Shown here one piece after another: positions 28,832 to 39,404 of a stretch of DNA of 64,000 nt. Made by a program: the position numbers and the translations under genes. The notes below the pieces were generated by a model. That model saw only the letters and a program-made list of their open reading frames with translations. It was not told where the DNA came from and made no database searches. The stretch spans positions 808 through 64,807 of the IMG/VR virus record IMGVR_UViG_3300036761_002481. The stretch is one strand, 5' to 3'. This DNA comes from a virus. Lineage: Duplodnaviria; Caudoviricetes. How positions within the stretch are numbered: the first letter of the stretch is position 1; each line of letters starts with the position of its first letter.

Positions 28832-30564
28832 ATGAGCAACTCAATCTTCCATGTCCGTCCGCTAGATAGCGGTAAAGGCTGGGCAATCGATGAATACGAC
28901 GGACGCGGCGCTTGGCAGCATAGCGTGCCGATCGGGCCGGATGGCGCTCCAATGGACAAGATCCAAGCTCAGCGCGCTGTCTTTCAACTGCGCCGGAAAG
29001 CGGTTAACAGCGCTCCAAAGGCGCTGCCAGTTAACAACCTTCTGCCCGGTGAGCGCGTCGATTTTCGGAAGGTGCGGCCATGAGCGACGAACACTGGTCC
29101 GGGACGATCAAGGTGGGCTGGACGATCCGCGATCGTGACCTCGGTCCGCAGAGCGATGGAGAACCGACGCCGGCAGAGATGCGCGCGATCTACGACCGCA
29201 TCGAGGAGCTGGTGACGAGTGCATTTCATCAGCGGGTCACGATCTGGATCGACGGCGAGGACAAGCCGGCCGTCGATGTGTTCCTCGAAGCGGACGGCAA
29301 CGAGATTGAGATCGACGAGGGCGCCGAAAACGGGATGCTCTCTGACCTGCGCAACACGCCGGAGGAGGCTGTATGAACCCGACATGCAAGCAATGCGGGC
29401 AACGCGAAGTGGAAGACGCGCGAGTGTGCTACGCGACGCCGGTTTGCTTCGCGTGTCTCCCTGAGCCGCGTCCGCTGAATACAGCGTGGTCGCTGTCCGC
29501 CGAGTGGCTGGCGGACATGGCCGAGGCGCTTGAGCACGTACGCCACGAGGACGGTGCGCCGAAACTGCTGACCCGAGACGTGCTGCTCGGGCTCGTGAAC
29601 GAGCTGCGTGAGGACCGCGATCACTGGAAGCTCCGAGCAGAGCGGTCCGAGTTCGCCCACGCCGGATGTGACCAGGAGCGGGCAATCCTCGCTGAGCAGG
29701 CGTGCCCGGAAGGGATGCTGCGATGACCACGATCGGAGAAGCAAACCGCCGTCGCATGTGCCTTGACTGCGGAGAGCCCGGTGCGCGGCTATTCACTGAC
29801 CGCACCGATCGGATTCTTCGTGTCTGCGACGCGTGTCTGCGAAAAGATGACTGGCACAGGTTCGGCCTATTGGACCGCGAGCCAATCCTCGGCGAAGTGC
29901 CAACGGAATACGTCGAGGGTGAATGGTGCTGGCCAACAGCAGACGAGCCCGGCGCGGTAATCACCTTCACGACCGAACCATCACCGGAGACCGGGCACGT
30001 TGGCTGGTGCTGGTGGGCACTCGGAGACATGGGCGATGCCACGACCTACGACGAGGCGCGGCAGAAGGCCGAGTCATCGCTGCGCTTGAGGGTCGGACTG
30101 TGAACCCGCAAATACGCCACGCCCAACGCGCCTGCGAGGCTGCCAAGGCCCGGCAGGCCGTCGTCGTGTGGTTCGACGAGCACGGCCAGCACGCGGTCGC
30201 CAGCTACGGCGAGACGAAGGCCGAATGCACGGCGGTCAAGCCAGTCTGCAACGCCATCGCGGACGCGCTCGACGCTGGCGATATCCAGCGTCCGGGCAAC
30301 GGAGGCGGGAGACGCAAGAGCGAGCGCCAAAAGGAGTTGGAGGCGATGGCCGACGCCCACGACGACTGGAAGGAGCGAGCACTCGTCGCAGAGCAACGCC
30401 TGGCGAGCATCACCACGCTGGTCTCGATCTACGACAACCAGGACGAGCCCGAGGGGCAGGTGTCGGCACGCCGCGCTCTCACGGCCATCGGCGAGACCAT
30501 CGGCCAGCAGTGCTCGATCTGCCGCAGCCGGCACGGCTCGGAGGTGCGCCATGCGGCCGAATAG
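28832..30564 (+). other. Run of small coupled hypothetical ORFs (28832-29083, 29080-29376, 29373-29726, 29723-30103, 30100-30564)
   Basis: Serial ATGA/GTGA overlaps. Confidence 0.55.
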
Positions 30565-31531
30565 AGAGCGGGGAGAACATGGGACTGAGAACGCTGGTTC
30601 GTGCAGCGGACCGAATGGGGACCTCGGCGCCGGCAACCTACGGAACAGCGTCTGGCTGGCGACCGCGGGCGCTTCCGTCGTCGCGATCGAGCGAGACGCA
30701 GCGCAGATCGCTTCCGGAGTTCGCGAGCTCGACGAGTTGCAACGAGGACGAGTTCAGGTGCGCCGCCAGGACTTCGCAGCGCTTCGAGCGAACATCGAGC
30801 GCGGCGAGGATTCGGTCGAGATCGCGTTCGTAGCGTGGCCGCTGAACCAACACGACGACGACCTGCTCGCGATCGTCTCGAGCGCTCGGCTCGTGGTCTA
30901 CGCGGGCAGCTGCTGCGACAGCAACGCATGCGCGTTCCCGGACTTCTTCCATCACTTGTGTCATCGAGAGCTTCTCGCGTACCTGCCGGAGCGCGGTAAC
31001 TCAGTCATCATCGCGGGCGAGCTGCTGCCGACGCGGCGAGCGCCGACCGGCGAGGAGTACGCCGGTCTTCGGCTTCTCGACGGCAGCTCGGTCTTCACGT
31101 TCGAGCGAGCCGAGCTCTCCGCGTCGCTGATGAGAAGATCGTCGGATCCGGCATCGTTCGTCGCGGAGAGCTGCGCCGGTCTCCTGAGCGAGATCGCTTG
31201 GGAGCCGGGCACGCACCTGGAGGTTCGCCTGGCGCTGCTCCGAGTCGTTTTTCACCTGGCCGACGTGTCCGAGTCGACACGCGCAATCTCCGAAGCGACG
31301 CAGACCATCTTCCGGGACCTCGCCGTCGGACCTGAGTTCATCGCGCAGACGCTCAAACCGCCGGACGTTTCCGACTTCCGGATCGCGGCGAACCTGATGC
31401 AGGCTCACAAGCTCGCGTTCATCGAGAAGGCCGGCGCCTACTCGACCGGCGTCGACTACCTGATGAGGCGCGCCGAGGGCGTTAGCATCGAGAGTCCGAC
31501 GACGAGCAGGCCGAGGGAGAGCGAGAGATGA
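30551..31531 (+). CDS. Putative class I SAM-binding protein (start uncertain, possible frameshift)
   Basis: DLGAG followed by VVAIERD. Confidence 0.45.
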   Translation: MRPNRERGEHGTENAGSCSGPNGDLGAGNLRNSVWLATAGASVVAIERDAAQIASGVRELDELQRGRVQVRRQDFAALRANIERGEDSVEIAFVAWPLNQHDDDLLAIVSSARLVVYAGSCCDSNACAFPDFFHHLCHRELLAYLPERGNSVIIAGELLPTRRAPTGEEYAGLRLLDGSSVFTFERAELSASLMRRSSDPASFVAESCAGLLSEIAWEPGTHLEVRLALLRVVFHLADVSESTRAISEATQTIFRDLAVGPEFIAQTLKPPDVSDFRIAANLMQAHKLAFIEKAGAYSTGVDYLMRRAEGVSIESPTTSRPRESER

Positions 31532-31815
31532 CCGACGAGACGAAGAGCCGAGCCGAGATCGTGGGCTTCGCCGCTGACGGCGTCGTCGTCAAGCGCGACG
31601 ACGGACGAGTCGGGCGGATCGCACCGCTGCGCGAGGGCAGTCCGATCTATCCGAGCGCCGACATCCTGCAGGTCGAGCACGTCGAGCACGCAGAGGGCGG
31701 GCGGTGCACCCTCGAGCTGACGACCATCTACAACTCGAAGCGCGGACCAGCGCGCGCGAGCACGAAGCGATATCGGAGCGGCTGGGACTCGACCTTCGGA
31801 TCGAAGCCGAACTGA
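31528..31815 (+). CDS. Hypothetical protein
   Basis: Coupled; GPARASTKRYRSGWD C-terminus. Confidence 0.55.
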   Translation: MTDETKSRAEIVGFAADGVVVKRDDGRVGRIAPLREGSPIYPSADILQVEHVEHAEGGRCTLELTTIYNSKRGPARASTKRYRSGWDSTFGSKPN

Positions 31816-32254
31816 TGGCGAGCAAGCCGCGAGACTGCTGCCGATGTGGATTCGTCACGTTCCACGCGCAGCGCTACGTCTACACGCCGAAGGGCGCGCG
31901 CGTCGACGCGAGGGTCTGCTCGCGGTGCGAGATGATCACGATCGAGTGCGAGGTCGCTACTACTCCGCGATCGCCCGAGCCTGCATCGTCTCGATGAGCT
32001 GCTCGATCCGCGACCGAAGCGCTTGAGCGGCGCGCGCGATGTCGTGCTTCGTCCGCAGGTTGAGCGGAACGAGATCGACGACGAAGTCATCCTGCGCGAA
32101 CCGCGGGCCGTTCCTGAGCAGGACGCGGAACGTCGCGAACGTCGTCTCGGGCTCGAACCGCGTGCACATGATCACCGCGGCGCGATCCGAGACGAGCGTT
32201 TCGAGCTCGGCAGCGAGCGCGTCGAGCTTCCAGGTCCAGGAGCGGTTCAATTGA

Positions 32255-32270
32255 GTCTCCCCGGGGAGAC
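32255..32270. repeat. 16-bp palindrome, copy 4
   Basis: Exact match. Confidence 0.95.
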
Positions 32271-32621
32271 CGGAGCCGTGTCGCGGTCGGCGTCGGCTGC
32301 TCGCCGGTCGGCGACTACGTGAGCGGCGGTCATCAACCGTTCGTGCAGGCAGCTGGCGCAGAACGGGTTCTCTTGTCGAGAGCGAAGAGACCCGCCGCGC
32401 TTGCTGCCGCAGTACGGGCAGATCCCCGTCCGGATGTCGCGCAACCGCTCGCACGACTTGAAGAGCGCAGCGGCGGAACGCTGAAGCAGCCGAGCTTCGT
32501 CGATCAGCCGATCCGAGGTCTCGCCGCTCGCGTCTCGGAAGTCGCGCTGCGTTCGCGCGCAGTGGTAGGTGTCGGCCGTCAGCAGCTGGAGCCGCAGTTC
32601 CTCGGCGTAGTCCGGAGTCAT

Positions 32622-32658
32622 GGACCGAAACCTACCCCCGACAGGGGGCGAATGGAAG
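32622..32658 (-). promoter_or_regulatory. Minus-strand promoter-like element, copy A
   Basis: CTTCCaTTCGCCCCCTgTCGgGGGTAGGTTtcggtcc-ATG; near-identical to 35150-35188. Confidence 0.6.
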
Positions 32659-35149
32659 AAACTCAGCCGAGCTTGTGCGGTCGAAGCGCGATCGGGGCAT
32701 CTTCCGGGCCGCGCCAGTACGGCTCGACGAAGATCCGCTTCCGCTCGCTCCGACCGACGCCGTGCGCCTGTCGCTTCCAGTGCCCGGCGACGATCCCCTG
32801 GACCGAGAGCGCGCTTCGCTCGCCGCGCGAGTACTCGGCGACCGCCGCGCGGAAGTCGCAGCGGACCGACGTCGAGAGCTGAAAGACTCGACCGATCGGG
32901 AGCGCCGAGCTTCGACCGGAGCCGGAGCTCGACCGCTGCCGATGTGACTTCCCGATCGGGCGATAGCTCGTCTTGTCGGTCATCATCAGCGAGACGTTCG
33001 CGAAGAGACGCGAGAGCAGGAAGATCGAGCGCGTGTCCGCGTCGGTCGTCTCGAGAGCGACCGCCTTCGCGTAGTTCTCGTGACCGGTCCCGTAGACGAC
33101 GCCCCCGTCGAGGTCGACGCCCTCGACGGCGCCGAGCTCGCGGATCGTTCGCTTGACCGACCAGAGCGAGCACGGAGCCGCGGTCGCGATGATCGCGTAG
33201 CCGAGCATCTCCTCGATCGGACCGTGCGCGCCCGGTCCGCCACCTTCGACGAACGGACCGGCGACGCGCCCGGCAAGCATGAACGCGAGCTCGTGCTGCT
33301 CGCCGTCGACCGCGGTCGAGAACATCCCGCTCGGGAGCTCGATCTCGAACACGGACCACGGAAGCTCGGCAGCGTCGACGAGATCGTTCGGGACGCGCGT
33401 GACGAGCAGCGACGCGGCGAGCTTGTGCCCGACCTGAACGACCGGGAAGCCGTTCTCGGCCCACTCCGGAAGCATCAGGAGCCGCGCAAGGCTGTCGAGC
33501 TTGACGATCGAGTAGCCGATCGTTCGATGGAACACGCGCGCTGTCTCGAGCGCTCCGAAGCGCTCGACTCGCTCGACGATCGAGAGCTTCGTCGCGTCGC
33601 GTCCGAGGCTCGCGCGCGCCTGCGCGACGATCCGCTCGATCGAGAGACGAACGCAGTCGAGGCCCTCGCGGTCGCTGCCGGCGATCCGTCGATAGGCGCG
33701 CCAGCGAGCGTCGTTGCCGATCGAGTAGTCGCGGCAGAGCTGCCAGAGAACGCTCGCGAGGTCGCGGAAGTACTCGCGCTGCGTCCGGACCGGCACCGTG
33801 ATCCGGCCAGCGTCGTCGAAGATCACCGTCACGGCTCCTCGACGTGCTCGCCGCCGACGCAGCAAGCGCAGGACTCGTCGGTGCCGAGCATCACGCGAGC
33901 GGCTCGGTAATCGCGCTCGCTCGCTTCCTGCGCCTCGACGACGTCTTCGGCGGCGAAGGTCGCGACCTCGATGCCGGCGATCTCGACGAGCCGGTAGCAG
34001 TCCGCCAGGGCCGACCGCGCGCGCTCGCTGCCGACCGCGGCCGCTTCCTGGAACTCGGTCGCCATCGCGTCGAAGACGACCCGCGCGCGAGCGTCGTCGG
34101 TCGCAGCGAGCGAGCGGGCCCAGGTCCGGAGCTCGGCGAACGTTCTCGGCACCCGGCGGCTCATCCGAGCTCTCTCCTGACGATCTCCGCTCGGACGACC
34201 TCGACGAGCCGCTCGGCGGCGCGCGCTCGGTCGAGCTGGTGCGCTGAGAGCTCGGCGCGCCCGACGGCGAGAAGCGCGCAGAGAAAGCCGTCGCTGAACG
34301 TCCGGTCGAGCTCCGGCGAGAACCAACCGCGGTGCGAGTCGCGCCAGAACGTCGGCTCGTAGATCGAGTCGTCGAGCCAGTCGACCGTCCGCGCGAACGC
34401 GCGCGCGTCCTGAACGCGCGCGTCGCTAGCTTCCGGCTCGACCGCCATCAGGCGTCGCGCGAGTCGTCCGAGAGTCGCCGCGAGAGCCTGCTCGCCGGCC
34501 ACCCATTGCCGGATCGTGAGGTTGAGCCCGACGACGCGCTCGAACCGGACCGACCCGACGGCAGGCGAGCCGGTCAGCCAAGCGTCGTAGAAAGAGCGAG
34601 CGAGCTCGCTCGCTGCCGAAGCGCGCGCCTGCGCTATCTCCGGCGCAGCGAGCTCGCGGTTCTCGTACCGAACCTGCGCCGCGACCTGCTTCTCCGGCGA
34701 CGGAAGCGCGCGGTCGACCGACCAGGTAACGCCGAAGACCGTTCGCTCGCCGAAGCGGGGAGGACTGCTCAACCGCAGCACGCCCCAGGTACCGAGACGA
34801 CCGCAGCGAGCGCACTGCGCGACCGTCGACCCGCCGATCTCGAGCATCAGGTGCGGTTCCGGATGCGCGCATGCGAGGTCCATCGTCATCGGCGCTCACC
34901 TGAGCCAGCGACCGCCACCGACGAACCGGAGACCGGCGGCTCGACGAAGCACTCGCGCCGGATCCGAACGAGCTCCGCCGCGACGCGGTCGACGTCGACC
35001 GAGCACGCGCTTACCGACCGCGGCCGAACGACGCCGCGTTGCCAAGACAGCACCGCTATGCCGAGCAGCACGGCGATGACGAGCAGCACCGCGACGAGCG
35101 CGACGCGCGCCACCGGTCGGTCGTCGGAGTCGTAGGACAACGAGCCCAT

Positions 35150-35188
35150 CGGAACCGGAACCTACCCTCGAGAGGGGGCGAACGGAAG
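35150..35188 (-). promoter_or_regulatory. Minus-strand promoter-like element, copy B
   Basis: CTTCCgTTCGCCCCCTcTCGaGGGTAGGTTccggttccg-ATG. Confidence 0.6.
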
Positions 35189-35479
35189 CGCGAACCGACA
35201 GGACCTGGACCGGGTCAGGTCAGGAAAGAACGATCCGAACCTGCCAGCCGAGCAGCGTCCGAGCAGGCAATCCGGCTTGGTCCGGTCCGATCCGAACGGT
35301 TAGGCTCCGCCGAGCTCGCCAGCGCCTGACCCTGTCGCGCGAGCGCTCCGGACACGCCGGAGTAGCGGCTCGATCGAGCCCCCGCGGACGGGCCTGCTAG
35401 ACCCCCTGGCGAGCACGTCCGAGCGCGTACGTAGGAGCGACTACGTTCGTGGTCTTTCGCCGAGCTGCCGAGCCGCCGA

Positions 35480-35750
35480 GTCCGGAGACTTTCCGGAGAC
35501 CTGATTTTCGACGCCGGAAGTAGGCGTTCGCTAACGCCTATTCGTGACGACCATCGGCCTGTCACGCCGGAAGTCGCGGGTTCGATCCCCGTTCGCCCCG
35601 CCGAAAGACAGAGTGGTCACGACGAGATAGGAGCTGCCGTGGCGACAGAGCGCGTCGACGACGTTCTCCGGAGAGGTTCGCGATTCCAGCCGAGATACCA
35701 GCTGTCTCGGCCACCGTTCCGGAGACTTCACCGGAGACCTCGGAGACCGG
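35480..35750. repeat. CCGGAGAC direct repeats flanking the tRNA fragment (candidate integrase arm sites)
   Basis: Two copies at ~35482-35500; two copies plus a CGGAGAC at ~35719-35747. Confidence 0.55.
35554..35602 (+). other. 3' part of a tRNA-Asp(GTC) gene: putative attP core
   Basis: Anticodon arm tcggc-CTGTCAC-gccgg, T arm gcggg-TTCGATC-cccgt, acceptor 3' strand tcgcccc-G-CC; no D arm or 5' acceptor strand. Confidence 0.85.
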
Positions 35751-36018
35751 CGTCGACGCCGCGATCGCTGGCACGAGCCGTTCCGCGCACCCCCTCCCCG
35801 GGGGTGGGATTTTCAGCGGCCCGGCGCCCGCTGCCCGGTCGCCCCCCTAGCTCTCCGGCTACGATAGATCCGCATGCGGGCGGCTCGGTTACTAGAGATA
35901 CGCAAGCGGGCGGCTCAAGCGGCGGGCCGGCTCCGGTTTCGATCGGTCTAGCTAGTAACGCGCGAGCCGATCGGTTCGTCGCTCGCGCTTCCGGTTCTCG
36001 CGGTCCTATCGTCCGGCG

Positions 36019-36483
36019 ATGGTCGCCGGTCGTCGGTGTCGAGGTTCCGACTTGAGGCGCCGCTCGCGCTTCGTTCGCCGCGCAGCGGATCCGGTTCCTC
36101 CGGCGGTCCGGTTTCCGGCCGAGCACGGCTGGCGCGTCGTCTCGCTCGACGAGAGACCGCCGCCGGCCGGAACGACCGCGATCAAGATCGTCGTCGGAGT
36201 CTTCGTCGACCGCGTTACCTGGTGGGGGCTCGAAGCTCCGCTCGTCGTTCCGGATCTCGAGCGCTTCGTCGTAGCTTCGTCGCTCGGCGACGGTGCGGCT
36301 CTCGTTCCGCTCTTCGGGCCGGCCGGCGAGCGGCTTCCGGAGTCGTCGCGCGTTCTCGAGATACTTCCGCCGAGCGACGGTAGGTCCGAGCGCTCTCTCG
36401 TCGACGCCGCGTTCGCCTGGCTCGAGCGCCGGAGCGAGACCGGGCCGACGACGCCGGGCGGCGTCCGGAGCCGACCGCGATGA
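36019..36483 (+). CDS. Hypothetical protein
   Basis: ATG preceded by TATCGT-N6. Confidence 0.45.
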   Translation: MVAGRRCRGSDLRRRSRFVRRAADPVPPAVRFPAEHGWRVVSLDERPPPAGTTAIKIVVGVFVDRVTWWGLEAPLVVPDLERFVVASSLGDGAALVPLFGPAGERLPESSRVLEILPPSDGRSERSLVDAAFAWLERRSETGPTTPGGVRSRPR

Positions 36484-36496
36484 GGTTCGTCCGCTG

Positions 36497-37473
36497 ATGG
36501 CCGTTCCGCCGCTCGTTCGCCGGAAGCTCGCGGTAGCGCTCGCTCGCTACGCGTCGGAACTCTTTCGCTACGCGGCGGACGAGCGCACCGAGCTTCGGCC
36601 GAACTCCGATCGTCTCGCTCAAGTAGCCGCGCGCGAGCTAGAGACGATCGCGCGCGAGCTGCGCGAGTCGGTCGCCGATCTAGAGAAGCGGGTCCTCGAG
36701 ACGCCCGGCCCGGACACGCCGCTCTCTGCCGGTTCGGAGCTCGTCGGCGAGCTCGTCCGGACGCGCGCGAGCGTCGCGTATCTCTACGCGGTTAGCCGCG
36801 ACCGCGAGCTGCTCCGGAAGCTCGTCGGCGAGGCGCTTCCGGAAGCGTTCCTGCTTCTCGCTCGACAACCGCCGCGAACGAAGGAGACCGACGTGCCCGC
36901 TGCGCCCTACGCGCGAACGACGAACGCTGATAGCCGACGAGTGGCGACGCTTCTCGTCCGCCGCGCTTTCGCCGACCGCGTCGGAGACCCAGCGAGCGGA
37001 GATGCGGCGCGCGTTCTACGCCGGAGCGTCGACGCTGTTCAGCGCGGTGATCACCAAGCTGTCGCCGGGCAACGAGACGCAGCCGTCGGACATCGACATG
37101 CTCGAAGACCTGCTCGCCGAGCTCGAAGGCTGGGCGCGCAAGCTCGGTGGCGGCTCGGTGTGACCGTCCGGATCTCCGATGCCGAGATCGACTCGATCCG
37201 GAAGCGCTTCCGGGCGCGTCTCGTCGCGGAGCTCGCACCGCTGCTCGGCGCCGACGGCGACGTCTCGACCGTCGACGTAGAAGCTGCGCGGCTCGCGACT
37301 CGGTCCGTTGCAGACGAGATGTTCGCCGGCTCCGGAAGCTTCCGGCGTCGTCGCGGATCGAGCGGACCGCGCGCCAGTTCGTTCTCTTCGCCTATCTCGC
37401 CGAGCTCGCGGCGACCGACGAGATCGGGACCATTCTCGGCGAGGTAGTCGCCGCTCGGAAAGCGTTCTCCTGA
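36497..37473 (+). pseudogene. Two or three small genes with apparent frameshifts
   Basis: Protein-like text changes frame near 36900 and 37327. Confidence 0.4.
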
Positions 37474-37522
37474 TCGTCCCGCTCGGCGGTCGCGCCAGTA
37501 AGAAAGCGCCGAGAACCGACGA

Positions 37523-37538
37523 GTCTCCCCGGGGAGAC
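37523..37538. repeat. 16-bp palindrome, copy 5
   Basis: Exact match; intergenic, upstream of Uma2. Confidence 0.95.
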
Positions 37539-37603
37539 TGGGCGACCCCGAATAAGGGTCGAGCGTTCTGGACTACCGACCCCTAACTGGGGTATGATTA
37601 GGA

Positions 37604-38182
37604 ATGGGCGACGTTCAACCGACGGTTTCGCAGGATCCGTACGCCGCCTACGAAGCGACCGCCGACGGCGTCGTCGCGGAGGTCATCGGCGGCGTGCTGC
37701 ACGTCCAGCCGGCGCCGAGCCCGATGCACTCTCGAGTCATCGGCCGGCTCTATCGGCAGCTCGGCGGCTTCGACGGCGGCGACGCTCCGGGCGGCTGGCA
37801 GATATTCATCGAGCCGGAGATTCGCTTCGCGCGGTTCGAGCAGCGGCCGCAGATCGTCGTTCCGGACATCGCCGGCTGGCGCGTCGAGCGGCTTCCGACG
37901 ATGCCGACCGCTTCGCACTTCTCGATCGAGCCGGACTGGGTCTGCGAGGTTCTCTCGCCGTCGACCGCGCGGAAAGATCGCGCGACGAAGATGCCGCTTT
38001 ACGCCACGGAGGGCGTCGCGAACGCTTGGCTCGTCGACCCGGCGCTGCAGACCGTCGAGTCGTACAGGCTCGTCGACGGCTACTGGTTGCTGCTCGCGGT
38101 TCTCGTCGGCGACGAGCGCGTTCGCGTTGAACCGTTCGAGTCGGTCGAGCTCGACCTCGCTACGCTCTGGGCCTCTCGCTGA
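37604..38182 (+). CDS. Uma2/DUF820 PD-(D/E)xK endonuclease-family protein
   Basis: AEVIGG..P..H, VPDIAGW, PDWVCEVLSPST, YATEGV..WLVDP. Confidence 0.9.
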   Translation: MGDVQPTVSQDPYAAYEATADGVVAEVIGGVLHVQPAPSPMHSRVIGRLYRQLGGFDGGDAPGGWQIFIEPEIRFARFEQRPQIVVPDIAGWRVERLPTMPTASHFSIEPDWVCEVLSPSTARKDRATKMPLYATEGVANAWLVDPALQTVESYRLVDGYWLLLAVLVGDERVRVEPFESVELDLATLWASR

Positions 38183-38202
38183 AAGGGACAGGTGCAACGG
38201 AA

Positions 38203-38544
38203 ATGGCTCGCATACGAATCAACGCTCTTGCGCGCGCTTCGGTGACCGCCGCCGAAGCGGCTGCTCGCTTCGACTCGGAGCTCGGCTCGCCTGCGACGTT
38301 CGGCGCCGCGCTGACCGCTCTCCGCGAGCTCGAAGCCGGTGCTTCGATCGCGTCGTTCGCTCGCCGGCTCGGAGTCTCTGCCGCGCATCTCTCGGACGTC
38401 GAGCGCGGCCATCGTCACGTCTCGGCGGAGCGCGCCGCGGAGTGGGCCGACAAGCTCGGTCGTCCGCGCGAGCTCTTCGTTCGGCTCGCGCTCCAGCGCT
38501 TCGTCGACGAGCTCGGTCTTCGCGTTCGCATCGAGGCAGCTTGA
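38203..38544 (+). CDS. XRE-family HTH regulator
   Basis: SIASFARRLGVSAAHLSDVERG. Confidence 0.85.
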   Translation: MARIRINALARASVTAAEAAARFDSELGSPATFGAALTALRELEAGASIASFARRLGVSAAHLSDVERGHRHVSAERAAEWADKLGRPRELFVRLALQRFVDELGLRVRIEAA

Positions 38545-39404
38545 TGGCTCGGCGCGTGATCGTCGAGGTCGACGTCGCGGCGGAGTCGGAGCCCGACGAC
38601 GATCGCGAGCTTCGGCGCGCTCGCTTACCTGCTCGTCTGGTTCGTCGTTCGGCACGCCGACGGCTCCGCGCGCGTTCGCTTTCGCGGCGACGCGGCGACG
38701 ATCGAGCGCACGTGCTGGCCGGTCTCTTCGAGACGGAGCCGTCGGTCGACATCGGAGCGCCTGACTACGCCGACGCTGCTCGCGAGATCGGTGCCGCGCT
38801 CCGGACGTTCGCCGAGCCCGAATGGTTCGATTCGTTTCGCGATCACGTCACCGGTTGGCTTCTCTCGTTCGTCGTCTACGACCGCTGGAGCGATGGTGAG
38901 GGCGGCACGCTGAGCGACGACGATTCGTTGACGAGCGACACGCGGCTCCGAGTTCTCGAGATGATCTCCGGACTGATTCCGACGGTCGGAATGTTGGAGT
39001 TGTCCGAGGGCTACACGCTCGACGGAATCGGCGACGGAGCGACGACGCACTGCAAGCGGATGATCCGGCACGCGGTCCGGCAAGTGATCTGGTCGAACGA
39101 GATCGCGCGCTGCTGCATTTACGATCTCTACGACTCGCACGAGCTCGGCTTCGTCGCCGATCTTGCTCGTCGGAACAACATCTCGGTCCCCGAAGCGGTC
39201 GGCGCGACCGTGACGATGTTGAACGCGGGCGCGAACATGTTCGGCGTCGATGCCGATTACGCGATCGTCCGGAGCGGAGATTTCCGAGCGGTTCGCTTCG
39301 TTGAATCGCTTTGGAACCTGGTCGCCGCGAACCAACTGCTCGCGTTCGAGCACGATAAGTACGCTTCGGCGAACAAGATCAAGCGGAGGCGCCGAAAGCG
39401 ATGA
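38544..39404 (+). CDS. Hypothetical protein (possible compensating frameshifts at ~38594 and ~38712)
   Basis: TGATG-coupled; the alternate frame is more protein-like over ~40 codons. Confidence 0.5.
   Translation: MARRVIVEVDVAAESEPDDDRELRRARLPARLVRRSARRRLRARSLSRRRGDDRAHVLAGLFETEPSVDIGAPDYADAAREIGAALRTFAEPEWFDSFRDHVTGWLLSFVVYDRWSDGEGGTLSDDDSLTSDTRLRVLEMISGLIPTVGMLELSEGYTLDGIGDGATTHCKRMIRHAVRQVIWSNEIARCCIYDLYDSHELGFVADLARRNNISVPEAVGATVTMLNAGANMFGVDADYAIVRSGDFRAVRFVESLWNLVAANQLLAFEHDKYASANKIKRRRRKR

Larger units (their letters stand above)
31960..35149 (-). other. Minus-strand block of hypothetical genes (31960-32250, 32247-32621, 32663-33832, 33829-34164, 34161-34889, 34886-35149)
   Basis: Coupled ORFs; 32663-33832 ends in a GHWKRQ..G..RKRIFVEPYWRG motif typical of phage proteins. 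Confidence 0.6.

Noticed and set aside
35190-35420. Low-complexity GGACC/GGTCA/TCCGA stretch as iterons or a Rep remnant
   Set aside because: No consistent repeat unit and no recognisable protein
35521-35602. Complete functional tRNA-Asp gene
   Set aside because: No D arm and no 5' acceptor strand complementary to tcgcccc; ends CCG rather than CCA
35791-35810. CTCCCCGGGGG as a seventh palindrome copy
   Set aside because: Only the core matches; the outer GTCT/AGAC arms are missing
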